Part shown: positions 46,593 to 57,805 of the stretch, in pieces | Numbering within the stretch: position 1 is the first letter of the stretch | Layout of the letters: each line of letters opens with the position of its first letter | Assembly: GCF_050633145.1 (NCBI RefSeq) | Contig: NZ_JBOEFY010000037.1 | Location: 7,648 to 71,647 of the forward strand | DNA: 64,000 nt | Reading direction: 5' to 3' | Source: Kordia sp. | GTDB taxonomy: Bacteria; Bacteroidota; Bacteroidia; Flavobacteriales; Flavobacteriaceae | Program-made: the position numbers and the translations under genes | Notes under the pieces: generated by a model | Databases searched by the model: none | Told to the model about the DNA's origin: nothing | The model's input: the letters and a program-made list of their open reading frames with translations, nothing else

Positions 46593-47300
46593 TTATAAAG
46601 AATTAGCATAGTTAATCAACTTAATCAAGTCTTTTTCTTTGGTAACTTTGATTTTATTCTCTTTGATGAATGCTTTAATTTCTTTTTGCTTGCTTGCAAA
46701 TAATTTAATGATTGCCTTTTTCTTTCTTGGCAGTTTTACCGCAGTTCCATTATCACCATATTCTATATAGAATTCACTTTTTTGCTCTTTATATTTTGCA
46801 GAACTTCCGTTGATACTACCATAAGCCGTACGTTTTACCTCCACAAACTTCTTTCTATCTTTTCTATATAATTTTATTTTTTTCCCAGTGGTCAACTGAA
46901 TATAATATCCTAATTTATCTTCATTTTCACTTTCTACATATTCAAGAATTTTATATGTAACGTTTCCTTTATTTAACTTTATAATATAACTTCTATTATT
47001 CTTATTCATGAACAACGTATCCGTATCTTGAATAACTTCCATTACATCTAAGGCTACATTAAAACGAACCATAAACACTTTATTTATTGGAGTAATCGTT
47101 GCAGAGTTAAAACTTTCATCATAGTAAGGCGTACCGTCAACATTGTTTTTATAAGTCTTTGCCATGTTTTTTTGCAATATTGCCTGCGTCGAAATGTCGT
47201 TGTGAAACATAGATGCTCTTCCTGCTTGAGAAAATACCGCTGTGCTTACTAAAATGATCCCACAAAGGGCTATAAACTTTTTTCTGATGAGTAACTTCAT
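46593..47300 (-). CDS. Secreted hypothetical protein, tandem paralogue 4 of 4
   Basis: Highly similar to 45628..46350 (SMFHNDIS.QAILQKNMA, GTPYYDE, EDKLGYYIQLT). Confidence 0.8.
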   Translation of the reverse strand: MKLLIRKKFIALCGIILVSTAVFSQAGRASMFHNDISTQAILQKNMAKTYKNNVDGTPYYDESFNSATITPINKVFMVRFNVALDVMEVIQDTDTLFMNKNNRSYIIKLNKGNVTYKILEYVESENEDKLGYYIQLTTGKKIKLYRKDRKKFVEVKRTAYGSINGSSAKYKEQKSEFYIEYGDNGTAVKLPRKKKAIIKLFASKQKEIKAFIKENKIKVTKEKDLIKLINYANSL

Positions 47301-47436
47301 AACATTTTGATTTTATATGAGTGAGTTTACGAATTGAATCGTATTTATTTCTAATGATTTATTCTATTTTTTTAACAGTAATATCAAATATCAGTCCAAT
47401 TTTTTTCAAATATCGTGTTTTTTTATTTTTCAGCAT

Positions 47437-47475
47437 AAAAAAAGCATCAAACAGTAAAGTTTGATGCTTTTTTTT
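47437..47475 (-). terminator. atpDC terminator
   Basis: aaaaaaagcatcaaac-agtaaa-gtttgatgcttttttt. Confidence 0.85.
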
Positions 47476-47495
47476 ATTTTGATTGTATTTGCTAA

Positions 47496-47789
47496 TTAAT
47501 CTGCTAATACAATAACTTTATTATCTTTCATTTCAATAGTACCAGAATTGATAGTCAAGGTCAATATTTTATCGTCATCATTGTGAGGAACTATTGATCC
47601 ATGCAAATCATCAAATACTAAGTGTGACTGTGTATGTGTATGAATCTTCACCATTCCATCTTTTAAAAGCGATACAATTGGCGCGTGATTATTTAACATT
47701 TGAAAGTCACCATTAATTCCTGGTACAGTTACAGAATCTACTTCTGAACTGAATAAAGTTGCTTCTGGTGTAACAATTTCTAAATACAT
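47496..47789 (-). CDS. atpC: ATP synthase F1 epsilon subunit
   Basis: MYLEIVTPE, VPGINGDFQMLNNHAPIVS, SGTIEM..NKVIVLAD; start moved from 47837. Confidence 0.95.
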   Translation of the reverse strand: MYLEIVTPEATLFSSEVDSVTVPGINGDFQMLNNHAPIVSLLKDGMVKIHTHTQSHLVFDDLHGSIVPHNDDDKILTLTINSGTIEMKDNKVIVLAD

Positions 47790-47864
47790 ATGTTGTTGTT
47801 GTTGGTTGTTGGTTGCTCGTTGTTGGTTGACTAACAACTAAAAACTAGCAACTAGCAACAATAA
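47790..47864. repeat. Heptamer-periodic intergenic hairpin between atpD and atpC
   Basis: ttgttgg/ttggttg repeats followed by caactaa/caactag repeats. Confidence 0.6.
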
Positions 47865-49376
<1,512 letters not shown>

Positions 49377-49710
49377 TTAAGTGTTTAATGTTTAGGTTAT
49401 TAAATACCGAAAAACGAATTTCATATTTTATGCTAAAACATGACCTTTTTTCGCGGTGCAAAGATATATTTTATTAATTAAAATAAGTAGTGTTTTGTGA
49501 TGATTTTTAAAAATTCTCAAAAAACCCTTGATTATACATAGATTTCCTACGGTTCATATAATTCCATAAATAAATAAAACCATCTTTTTTGGCTTTTTAC
49601 TAACGATAAGTCTCTAAATTTATTTCTATATTTCCAGCATTATTTTTCTAGTTTTTAAGATTAAACTGATTGGATTATGCATTCATAATGATTAATAGCA
49701 TATTGATAGT

Positions 49711-50277
49711 ATGGCAGATAAATTAAGTAACTTTCTAAACACACTTTCCGAAGGAAATGAAGAAGATATTATTTCTCTTTATAAAGAAGTGTTTCCAAAA
49801 GTGTCGCATTTTATTGTTAGCAATAATGGTCGTATTGATGATGCCGAAGATATTTTTCAGAAAGCCTTGCTACAAATTATAGTTCGATATAGAAATGAAC
49901 CTTTTGAAATTAAAACTTCTTTTGAGAATTATTTTTTTACTGTTTGCCGAAATTTATGGAGACGCGAGTTGAATGTATCAAAATTTAAAGCAAAGCATGT
50001 TGACCATTTGGAAAATATTAGTGCTGTAGATGATGCTGCATTTTCTATTGTAGAACAAGAACGCTACGAACTTTTTTCCGAGAAATTAGCACTATTATCA
50101 GAAAATTGCAAAAGTATCCTGAAACTGTTTTTTGCTAAAACATCATACGAAAGTATTATGCAAACACTACAGTATAATTCTGAAAACGTTGTACGACAAC
50201 GAATTTTTAAATGCAAAAAACGATTGATTGAATTGATAAAGAAAGATCATAGATACGATGATTTAAAAGATATATGA
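49711..50277 (+). CDS. ECF-type RNA polymerase sigma factor
   Basis: DDAEDIFQ region 2, FENYFFTVCRNLW, region 4 LSENCKSIL.LF..I...L.YNSENVVRQRIFKCKKRL. Confidence 0.9.
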   Translation: MADKLSNFLNTLSEGNEEDIISLYKEVFPKVSHFIVSNNGRIDDAEDIFQKALLQIIVRYRNEPFEIKTSFENYFFTVCRNLWRRELNVSKFKAKHVDHLENISAVDDAAFSIVEQERYELFSEKLALLSENCKSILKLFFAKTSYESIMQTLQYNSENVVRQRIFKCKKRLIELIKKDHRYDDLKDI

Positions 50278-51074
50278 TGATGGAAGACGACATATTAATA
50301 GCACGGTTTTTAAGAAATGAACTTTCTGACGAAGAGCAAGCTGCTTTTTTGAAACGACTAGAAAGCGATGACCTTTTTAAAGAACAAGTAAAGTTAGAGC
50401 AACAATTACTAAACCTTCTTGGTGAAACATATTGGAGTTATGCTATAAACGATACTAATAAAAGAATAGAAGCGTATAAAAACATTCTTAAGTCGGACGA
50501 CACTCAAGAATTGAAAATTACTATTTCAAAAGCAATTGAAAGCTATAAGAGAAAGCAGTTAAAAGATGATAGAAAAGAAGCTTCTCCTCGTAAAGGCAAT
50601 TTTCAACTTGCTATCCGCATTGCAGCCATATTTGTTATTCTTTGCTCACTTTTTTGGTACTTCTCAAACAATAGCATAGATCATAAAGCACTTACTGATG
50701 CAGCTTGGCAAAAAAATATTGGTTTAGATTTTACAGTAAGAAACGGTTCATCAGACAGCACTAAAGCCACTTTAGCTAAAGCCTTACACCTTTATACAAA
50801 CAAAGAGTATAATCAGGCTTTAAGCACATTAAAAGCTTACAGCGCTTCTTCTAATCATTATAAAGATATTTTATTAGTCCGCGCTTTGTCTTATCACCAA
50901 TTAAACAAAACAACAATTGCGTTTCAAACATTGGATAGTTTGGCAATATATGCTCCAGATATTTCCAAATGGTACAAAGGTCTTATTCACTTAGAAAATG
51001 ACGAATTAAAGAAAGCCGCTCAGTATTTAGAAATTCCCTCAACATCGAATCAAGAAATTAAACTAAAGAAGTAA
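50274..51074 (+). CDS. Putative membrane anti-sigma factor with periplasmic TPR-like domain
   Basis: ARFLRNELSDEE..F..RL anti-sigma-like N-terminus, TM IRIAAIFVILCSLFWYF, TPR-like C-terminus; ATGA overlap with sigma gene. Confidence 0.7.
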   Translation: MMMEDDILIARFLRNELSDEEQAAFLKRLESDDLFKEQVKLEQQLLNLLGETYWSYAINDTNKRIEAYKNILKSDDTQELKITISKAIESYKRKQLKDDRKEASPRKGNFQLAIRIAAIFVILCSLFWYFSNNSIDHKALTDAAWQKNIGLDFTVRNGSSDSTKATLAKALHLYTNKEYNQALSTLKAYSASSNHYKDILLVRALSYHQLNKTTIAFQTLDSLAIYAPDISKWYKGLIHLENDELKKAAQYLEIPSTSNQEIKLKK

Positions 51075-54000
51075 ATGAGAAAAATTGTTTGTTTTATCTA
51101 CATATTCATTTTAACAACAGCATGTTTCCAGCTTCATGCACAACAGAGCAATACAAGTTTAGATACTGATTTAACTAAAGGTAAAGAATTGCTGTTTTAT
51201 GGAAAATATAAAGACGCAATTTTAGTATTTAATAAAGCACTGAAACAGGCTGAAAGCCTAGAAGATTCTATAAGCATTGCAGGCTGTTACAACGCACTTT
51301 CAAAAGCATATAACTATACTTCACAATTGAAAGAGTCTATGCTGTATGCAGAAAAAGCAATGCAATACAGTCAAGGAGAACATATTACTCAGAAAAAAGA
51401 AGAAGCAGATGCACTTTTTAACTTAGGAATTGTACAAGGGCAAAAACGTTTCTCAAAAGAGTCGCTTGAAAATCATACAGCAGCATTAGAGATTAGGCAG
51501 ACTTTTTTTAAAGATGATCTTTTTCAAATTGCCAACTCACATTTTAATGTTGGTGTTGCGTTACACCGACAAAGGCGCTTAGCGGAAGCAATGAAAAAAT
51601 TTGAGACTACTTTGACTATAGAATTAAAAGACACGCCACAACGCAGCATATTACACGCTGATATTTACGAAGCTATTGGATATATTAATTATGATCTTGG
51701 AAAGTTTGACAAAGCTCTTACTTTTTTTAAAAAGACATTGCATTTAGCACAACAAACTTACGAGGACAATCACCCTTATTTCGGAAAGGTATATAATGAA
51801 TTAGGAATGATTTATTCTATGAAGAATGAATTCAACAAAAGTTTAAAGTATTACAATAAATCATTAAGCGTAAGCATTGCGAACCATGGCATAGATATGA
51901 GTGCCGATCAAGTACGTGTACATTTTAATATTGGCACGATATACGAAAAACTTGACATACAAGAGAAAGCAATATTTCACACAAAAAAATCACTTGCGAT
52001 TGGCACTAAAATTTTAGGCGCAACACACCCGCAAATGTTTTATCCGTATAGTCAACTTGGGACTATATATGGTGACGAACGTGGAATTCCGTATGTAGAA
52101 AAAGCGCTTGCTATTCTCTTGGGTTCTGATCCTGTGAACTTTGTTATTGTTTCTTTTCAATACGAATATTTAGCTAACATTTATTCTAAGGTTGAGAATT
52201 ATCCTGAATCGCTAAAGTATATGGAAAAGACATTAGAACTTCGCTTGCAAATTTTTGGAGAACGAAATATAAATACGATTCGCAGCTACAACAATTTAGC
52301 TAAAACATATGCGCAACTCAAGGAATTTGACAAGGCGTTATTGTATTGCGAAAAATCGATCGCTGCTAACACATTAAATATTGCAAGTCAACAGAATTTG
52401 ACAGATTCTTTTACTTCTGTAAATTATGTAGATCAAAACTTTTTAGTTGAATCTGTAAAAACAAAAGCAGATATTCTCGTTCTTTTGTATCAAGAACGTA
52501 AAGAAAAAAAACACCTTCTTGAAAGCATTAAATTGTATGATGAAGCTGATGCTTTGGCAAGTTTGACACGAAAGTCAAAACAAAATCATGATGACAGAAT
52601 ACAATTTTCCGAAACGGTAAAAGCTATTTATGCAAAAAATATACAAACGAAGCTTTTGCTAAGTGAAATTGAAAATAATACTTCTTCATTAGTTGAAACT
52701 TTTTATGCTTCTGAAAAAAGTAGATCGCATACATTGCGAGAACTACTAAAACAATCCGAAGTGAAACGAACTGTAAATATTCATACAGATATTATTTCGC
52801 TTGAAAAAACAATTAATATACAACTAGCAAAATTGCAGTCAGAAATTGTAAAAGAAGCTACAGCGCTTAAAAGTGACTCCGTAAAAATATATCAGCTTGA
52901 AGGAAAAGTTTTTGATTTGACTAAACGAAAAGATTCACTTGAAAAACGTATTGAGATTGATTTCCCAAAGTATTACAAACTAAAATATGAAGACACTGTT
53001 ATTGAAATTTCAACCTTACAAGAAAAACTAAACGACAGCACAACACTTATTGAGTTTTTTAAGAATAAGAATGCAGTCTATACTTTTATCATTACAAAAA
53101 AATCGTTCCATGTAAAAAGAGTAGAGGTTGATGATTTAGATTCGAAAATTGAAGCATTAAATAAAGCAATTACTGACAAGAATACTATTCAGTTTACAAA
53201 GTATGCTTCCAACTTATACACAGAATTACTCTCACCAATAAAGTCACATTTTGTAGGCAATGAACTTATTATTATTCCTGATGAATCTTTATGGCATATA
53301 CAGTTTGATTTGCTGTTGACAGAAGCAACTAAAGCGAACCAAAAGCCTGCATATTTACTATATAACTATGCAATAAGCTATGCAAATTCAGCTAGTTTAT
53401 TATTTGATGAAACTGCAAAAAGCACAACTCATTTTTCAAATGAATGTGTTGCGTTTTCATATACAAGCAAAGACACTATTCTAAAAAATAACAATACAAT
53501 TGCTTTATCAAAATTGCGAAATACGCAGGTTGATTTACCTGGAACACGCAAAGAGATTCAGGAAATATCTAACATTTTAGAAGGCACTTATTTTTATGGC
53601 AACGCTGCAAATGAAATGAATTTTAAAAAGTATGCAGGTAATTCTAACATTCTACATTTAGCATTGCATGGTGATATTGATAATAACAACTCAAACAATT
53701 TGAAAATTTACTTTTCGGAAGGCAGCCCTAATGATGATGATAAGTTATTTGGTCATGAGTTATATTCTTTACATATTCCGGCAAATTTAGTTGTGCTAAG
53801 TGCTTGCAATACTGGAAATGGTCAGATTAACAAAGTTGAAGGAATTCAAAGTTTAGGAAATGCATTTCAATATGCAGGCGCAAAAAGTCTTTTGTTAAGT
53901 AGTTGGGAAATTTCAGATAAAACTACACCTGAAATTATGCGATATTTTTATGAACACATAAAAGGCGGAATGCCAAAACACAAAGCGCTACAACAGGCAA

Positions 54001-54197
54001 AAATTGACTTTTTACAAAATGCAGACACTTTTAATGCAGCGCCTTTTTATTGGGGAAGTTTTTATTTACTTGGAGACACAGCTCCAATTCCTTTTTCAAC
54101 GTTCAATTACACTGTTTGGATCATTGGTATTGTTAGTAGCATTGTACTTTTTTTAATTGCGAGATCGTTTCTTAGAAGAAAAAATAATACCATTTAA
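51075..54197 (+). CDS. TPR-CHAT (caspase-like) protease with signal peptide and C-terminal TM anchor
   Basis: Signal peptide, about 9 TPRs, IIIPDESL, ILHLALHG (His), LVVLSACNTG (Cys), PFYWGSF, C-terminal WIIGIVSSIVLFLIA-RRK. Confidence 0.92.
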   Translation: MRKIVCFIYIFILTTACFQLHAQQSNTSLDTDLTKGKELLFYGKYKDAILVFNKALKQAESLEDSISIAGCYNALSKAYNYTSQLKESMLYAEKAMQYSQGEHITQKKEEADALFNLGIVQGQKRFSKESLENHTAALEIRQTFFKDDLFQIANSHFNVGVALHRQRRLAEAMKKFETTLTIELKDTPQRSILHADIYEAIGYINYDLGKFDKALTFFKKTLHLAQQTYEDNHPYFGKVYNELGMIYSMKNEFNKSLKYYNKSLSVSIANHGIDMSADQVRVHFNIGTIYEKLDIQEKAIFHTKKSLAIGTKILGATHPQMFYPYSQLGTIYGDERGIPYVEKALAILLGSDPVNFVIVSFQYEYLANIYSKVENYPESLKYMEKTLELRLQIFGERNINTIRSYNNLAKTYAQLKEFDKALLYCEKSIAANTLNIASQQNLTDSFTSVNYVDQNFLVESVKTKADILVLLYQERKEKKHLLESIKLYDEADALASLTRKSKQNHDDRIQFSETVKAIYAKNIQTKLLLSEIENNTSSLVETFYASEKSRSHTLRELLKQSEVKRTVNIHTDIISLEKTINIQLAKLQSEIVKEATALKSDSVKIYQLEGKVFDLTKRKDSLEKRIEIDFPKYYKLKYEDTVIEISTLQEKLNDSTTLIEFFKNKNAVYTFIITKKSFHVKRVEVDDLDSKIEALNKAITDKNTIQFTKYASNLYTELLSPIKSHFVGNELIIIPDESLWHIQFDLLLTEATKANQKPAYLLYNYAISYANSASLLFDETAKSTTHFSNECVAFSYTSKDTILKNNNTIALSKLRNTQVDLPGTRKEIQEISNILEGTYFYGNAANEMNFKKYAGNSNILHLALHGDIDNNNSNNLKIYFSEGSPNDDDKLFGHELYSLHIPANLVVLSACNTGNGQINKVEGIQSLGNAFQYAGAKSLLLSSWEISDKTTPEIMRYFYEHIKGGMPKHKALQQAKIDFLQNADTFNAAPFYWGSFYLLGDTAPIPFSTFNYTVWIIGIVSSIVLFLIARSFLRRKNNTI

Positions 54198-54580
54198 CAT
54201 ATTAAAAATCAATATTTTATGATTTTATTTCGTTTTTATTCAAAAAAAAGTGAAAAATACTGGGTAACAAATTCCATTTTTTGGAACTATAAGTTATGAG
54301 GGATAACTGTTTTAAAATTAAAAACACATTTATTTATACCATATACTTACTTTCAAACAAGTATTCACAAATTATTTATTCTTACCATAAAGCAGGCGGT
54401 TTTTATCGTTTCAACCTTGAAGCAAACACTGCAACTCTCTCTATTTTCAACCAAAAAGATAAAAAGAGTATTCGCGCAAAGCGAATTACTACTATTCAAA
54501 AATATTTTTTCGCGAAGAATAGACACAACTGTGAGTGTCTTTAAATGTTCACTTTAAGAATTAACTATACAATTTAAATT

Positions 54581-54769
54581 ATGAAAAAAAGAGATTTAAA
54601 ATCATTAAGCCTTAACAAGAAATCAATTTCAAATTTTGATAACAGCGAATTAGTTGGAGGAACAGGTGTAACTAACATTTTTGATTGTCCTTCAGTAAGA
54701 GTGAAGCCACATTGTATTTCTTATGAGTCATTCATTACAATATGTCAGTGTCCTTCAAACGTATGCTAA
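54581..54769 (+). CDS. Double-glycine-leader peptide P8 (62 aa, 5-Cys core)
   Basis: MKKRDLKSLSLNKKSISNFDNSELVGG|TGVTNIFDCPSVRVKPHCISYESFITICQCPSNVC. Confidence 0.8.
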   Translation: MKKRDLKSLSLNKKSISNFDNSELVGGTGVTNIFDCPSVRVKPHCISYESFITICQCPSNVC

Positions 54770-54815
54770 TTAAATATGTTTATAATTAAAGTGAATTGAA
54801 TTCATTTTCTATAAA

Positions 54816-54845
54816 AAAATAGGCTGCCAATTGGCAGCCTATTTT
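54816..54845. terminator. Bidirectional terminator (perfect 30-bp palindrome)
   Basis: aaaataggctgccaattggcagcctatttt. Confidence 0.85.
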
Positions 54846-54882
54846 ATTTTATATGTTTTCGAAATATTTCTATTTGATTTTC

Positions 54883-57726
54883 TTAGTTAATTACCCAAGA
54901 AATATAGTATTGCGATCCAATAGTACCAACTCCTGGCGCACTAACATATTCATGTCCAAAAATGTTAGCTGCTCCTAATTTGAAAGTTGATTTCTTGTAA
55001 CGATAGTTTATCTGGAAGTCAACTAATGAACGAGCCGATACAGTACCATCTGCAAAAGATGATTCCCAAAGGAAAGAGTCATTCCATCTCCAGTTGATAT
55101 TAAATCCGAAGTTATCGAAAAGATTTCTGTTTCCAAAAGACGCCTTTACTTTATGCTCTGGCGTGTTAAAGTTTGTTTCAAAATCTGGATCACTAGCCTG
55201 ATCGAAGTCAAGTTTAGCATACGTATAGTTCACTCCAAAGTCATAATCTCCAAATACTTTTGTGTTTGCTCCAATAGCAACTCCATACGAACTAATATCT
55301 GCAGTAGAGTTAGCATATAATTGGAAAGGTGTAAAGTCACCGTTAGCAGCTGCAATTAATGCATTTGGCGTAGGCGCTCCACCAACAGGAGTTAAATCTG
55401 TAATATCAGATAAATTCACATTACCGTAGTTAGGAACAATTACTGTTTTAGTTGCAATGAAATCTTTGTATTTATTATAATATGCACTTACATCTACAGA
55501 AATACCTTCATATACAATTCCACGATATCCAACTTCAAAAGCAGACACTTTTTCTGGACTTACAAAATCTACATTTGCTTGTTGTAGTAGCGCAGGGTTT
55601 GGTGCTCCAGCAGCTGCACTAGCTCCAAATGCTTGAAAAGATGATAATGTAAAAGAATTGTTGTAAGCATCATTACCAGAAAGCGTTACTACTCTGTCTA
55701 AACCAAAAGCTTCTAATCCAGCTGGGAAACTATTTGTAATAGGTCTAGTTGTATAACGATCTAAGTTATCAGGCGCACCACCAACTAAAACTGCATTTCC
55801 AACATCTAAACCAATATATTGATCTTGTGTACTTGGGTTACGGAAACCTGTTTGGAAAGAAGCTCTAAAATTGTGTTTTTTATCCTCGTCTGGAGAATAT
55901 ACTAAAGAAACTCTTGGAGAAACGTTTCCGTCAAAGTTTTGCGCTTTGTCATAACGAATAGAACCTGTGAATTTCATTTTATCTTCCATAAACTTTTTCT
56001 GAACTTGTACATACGCGCCATATTCATCATATTTAATTGGACCATCAGTATCTGTAAAGATTGTTCCTTGAGAATCTAATACATATTGACGGTACGAACC
56101 ACCAACCTGAATATCGGCAACATCAATTAAATGTGAAAGGTTATAGTTTACATCAGAATGATATAATTTTGTGTTATCAATAAACTTTGCTCCAGTTAGT
56201 AAATCTCCATCTGCAGTAACTACATTTAAAGCATTATTGAAACCTGTAGTTCCTGGCTGAAGACGACCTGTATCAGCCAAACCTCTAGCAAATGCGTGTG
56301 CTACATTAGCATCACCTGGTGTAACTCCTGGAATTGCTCCTGTGATTGCTCCTAAATATCCTGTAGCATACTCAGTAAACCATTGTTGATCTGATTTCCA
56401 TCTTCTGTTTACATTGATCGCAGCAAAACGCGTATCATACGAATCGTTTGCTTTTTCTGCAGTAACATATCCTCTAATGAAGAAGTTTTTATTTCTAACT
56501 TCTAATTTATGCTGTTGCATAAAGAAGTTTTTAATAGAATATCTATTTGCTCCTTGATAAATTGTATTTCCTCTACCAATTTTAGAATTCCAAATTACAG
56601 TAAAGTCATTTGCCCAAGGCTTGTAATGTAAAGCAAAATCAGCTTTTACACTTTCTGCATCATAGTCCATTAAGTCGCGCTCTTCATAACCAGTTCTTGA
56701 TACTGCTGAAGAACCAAATGTTCCTGCTGGCGCTCCTGATAAGGCATCAAAATTTAATGTTGTAGAAACCTCATCTCCATAAATATTTAATCCATTATAG
56801 TTTGGATCGCTCGCTCTAGTTCCAGCAATAGCATCACCACTAGCACCATCATAGTTGGTATAATCTGTAGCAAACCATTCTGTTCCATTTAAGAAAGAGA
56901 AAGAAGCTTTTATTGCTAATTTATCACTAAATGCATGTGCAGCTCTAAATCCAAAATCAACAAAATTATTGTCGCCAGCATTTTCAGATGACGTCATTCC
57001 TGTTTTCGCATAAAAGCTAATTCCTTGCTCTTCGTAAGGATCTTTACTACGCATAAACATAATTCCATTGAAGGCATTTGCTCCATATAATGCTGAAGAT
57101 GCTCCTGGTAATAATTCTACCGTTGCCACATCTAATTCAGACATTCCTAATAAGTTTCCTAGTGCAAAGTTTAAGGCTGGTGAAGAGTTATCCATTCCAT
57201 CTACCAATTGCATAAATCGCGTATTAGCAAACGTAGCGAAACCTCTTGTGTTTACAGATTTGAATGTTAAACTGTTTGTATTGACATCAACACCTTTTAA
57301 GTTTTCCAACGAATCATAGTACGTAGGTGAAGTTGAGTTTCTAATTGCTCTTGCATCCATACGTTCAACAGTTACGGGCGATTCTCGTATTCTTTCTGGT
57401 GTTCTTGAGGCTGAAAGAACGATTTCGTCTAGCTCTGTTCCTTCTTTTAGGACAATAGTAACGTCTTCGTTGTTTTTTGTAATTTCTACAGTAGCAGAAT
57501 CAAATCCAATACTACTTGCAGTAATTTTAAAAGGCGGTTGTTGATCTACTACTAATTTGAATTTTCCGTCAAAATCAGTACTTGTTCCAGTAGAAGATCC
57601 TACTACAACAATGTTAACACCTGGGATTGGCATGTTATCGCCATCAACAACTTTTCCACTAACATTGGTTTGTGCAAATAGTCCCGCACAAACCAACATA
57701 GCTAAAATTGATAGGTATGCTCTCAT
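54883..57726 (-). CDS. TonB-dependent receptor
   Basis: Signal peptide, CarboxypepD-like N-domain (GTSTDFDGKF), plug LDEIVLSASR..PVTV, ELLPGASSALYG, C-terminal YYISWVIN. Confidence 0.92.
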   Translation of the reverse strand: MRAYLSILAMLVCAGLFAQTNVSGKVVDGDNMPIPGVNIVVVGSSTGTSTDFDGKFKLVVDQQPPFKITASSIGFDSATVEITKNNEDVTIVLKEGTELDEIVLSASRTPERIRESPVTVERMDARAIRNSTSPTYYDSLENLKGVDVNTNSLTFKSVNTRGFATFANTRFMQLVDGMDNSSPALNFALGNLLGMSELDVATVELLPGASSALYGANAFNGIMFMRSKDPYEEQGISFYAKTGMTSSENAGDNNFVDFGFRAAHAFSDKLAIKASFSFLNGTEWFATDYTNYDGASGDAIAGTRASDPNYNGLNIYGDEVSTTLNFDALSGAPAGTFGSSAVSRTGYEERDLMDYDAESVKADFALHYKPWANDFTVIWNSKIGRGNTIYQGANRYSIKNFFMQQHKLEVRNKNFFIRGYVTAEKANDSYDTRFAAINVNRRWKSDQQWFTEYATGYLGAITGAIPGVTPGDANVAHAFARGLADTGRLQPGTTGFNNALNVVTADGDLLTGAKFIDNTKLYHSDVNYNLSHLIDVADIQVGGSYRQYVLDSQGTIFTDTDGPIKYDEYGAYVQVQKKFMEDKMKFTGSIRYDKAQNFDGNVSPRVSLVYSPDEDKKHNFRASFQTGFRNPSTQDQYIGLDVGNAVLVGGAPDNLDRYTTRPITNSFPAGLEAFGLDRVVTLSGNDAYNNSFTLSSFQAFGASAAAGAPNPALLQQANVDFVSPEKVSAFEVGYRGIVYEGISVDVSAYYNKYKDFIATKTVIVPNYGNVNLSDITDLTPVGGAPTPNALIAAANGDFTPFQLYANSTADISSYGVAIGANTKVFGDYDFGVNYTYAKLDFDQASDPDFETNFNTPEHKVKASFGNRNLFDNFGFNINWRWNDSFLWESSFADGTVSARSLVDFQINYRYKKSTFKLGAANIFGHEYVSAPGVGTIGSQYYISWVIN

Positions 57727-57805
57727 AAGTCTTTTGGTTTAGTTATTATGAGAACAATATACGCTTTTTTAGGAAATCCCTAAAGAAAGTGTTAATTTTT
57801 TAGAG

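Noticed and set aside
47790-47837. Gln-rich N-terminal extension of AtpC in the ORF track
   Set aside because: Translation of the intergenic heptamer repeat; the true start is MYLEIVTPE at 47789
54296-54544. 82-aa ORF between CHAT and P8
   Set aside because: Low-complexity AT-rich translation with no family features; probably the P8 regulatory region
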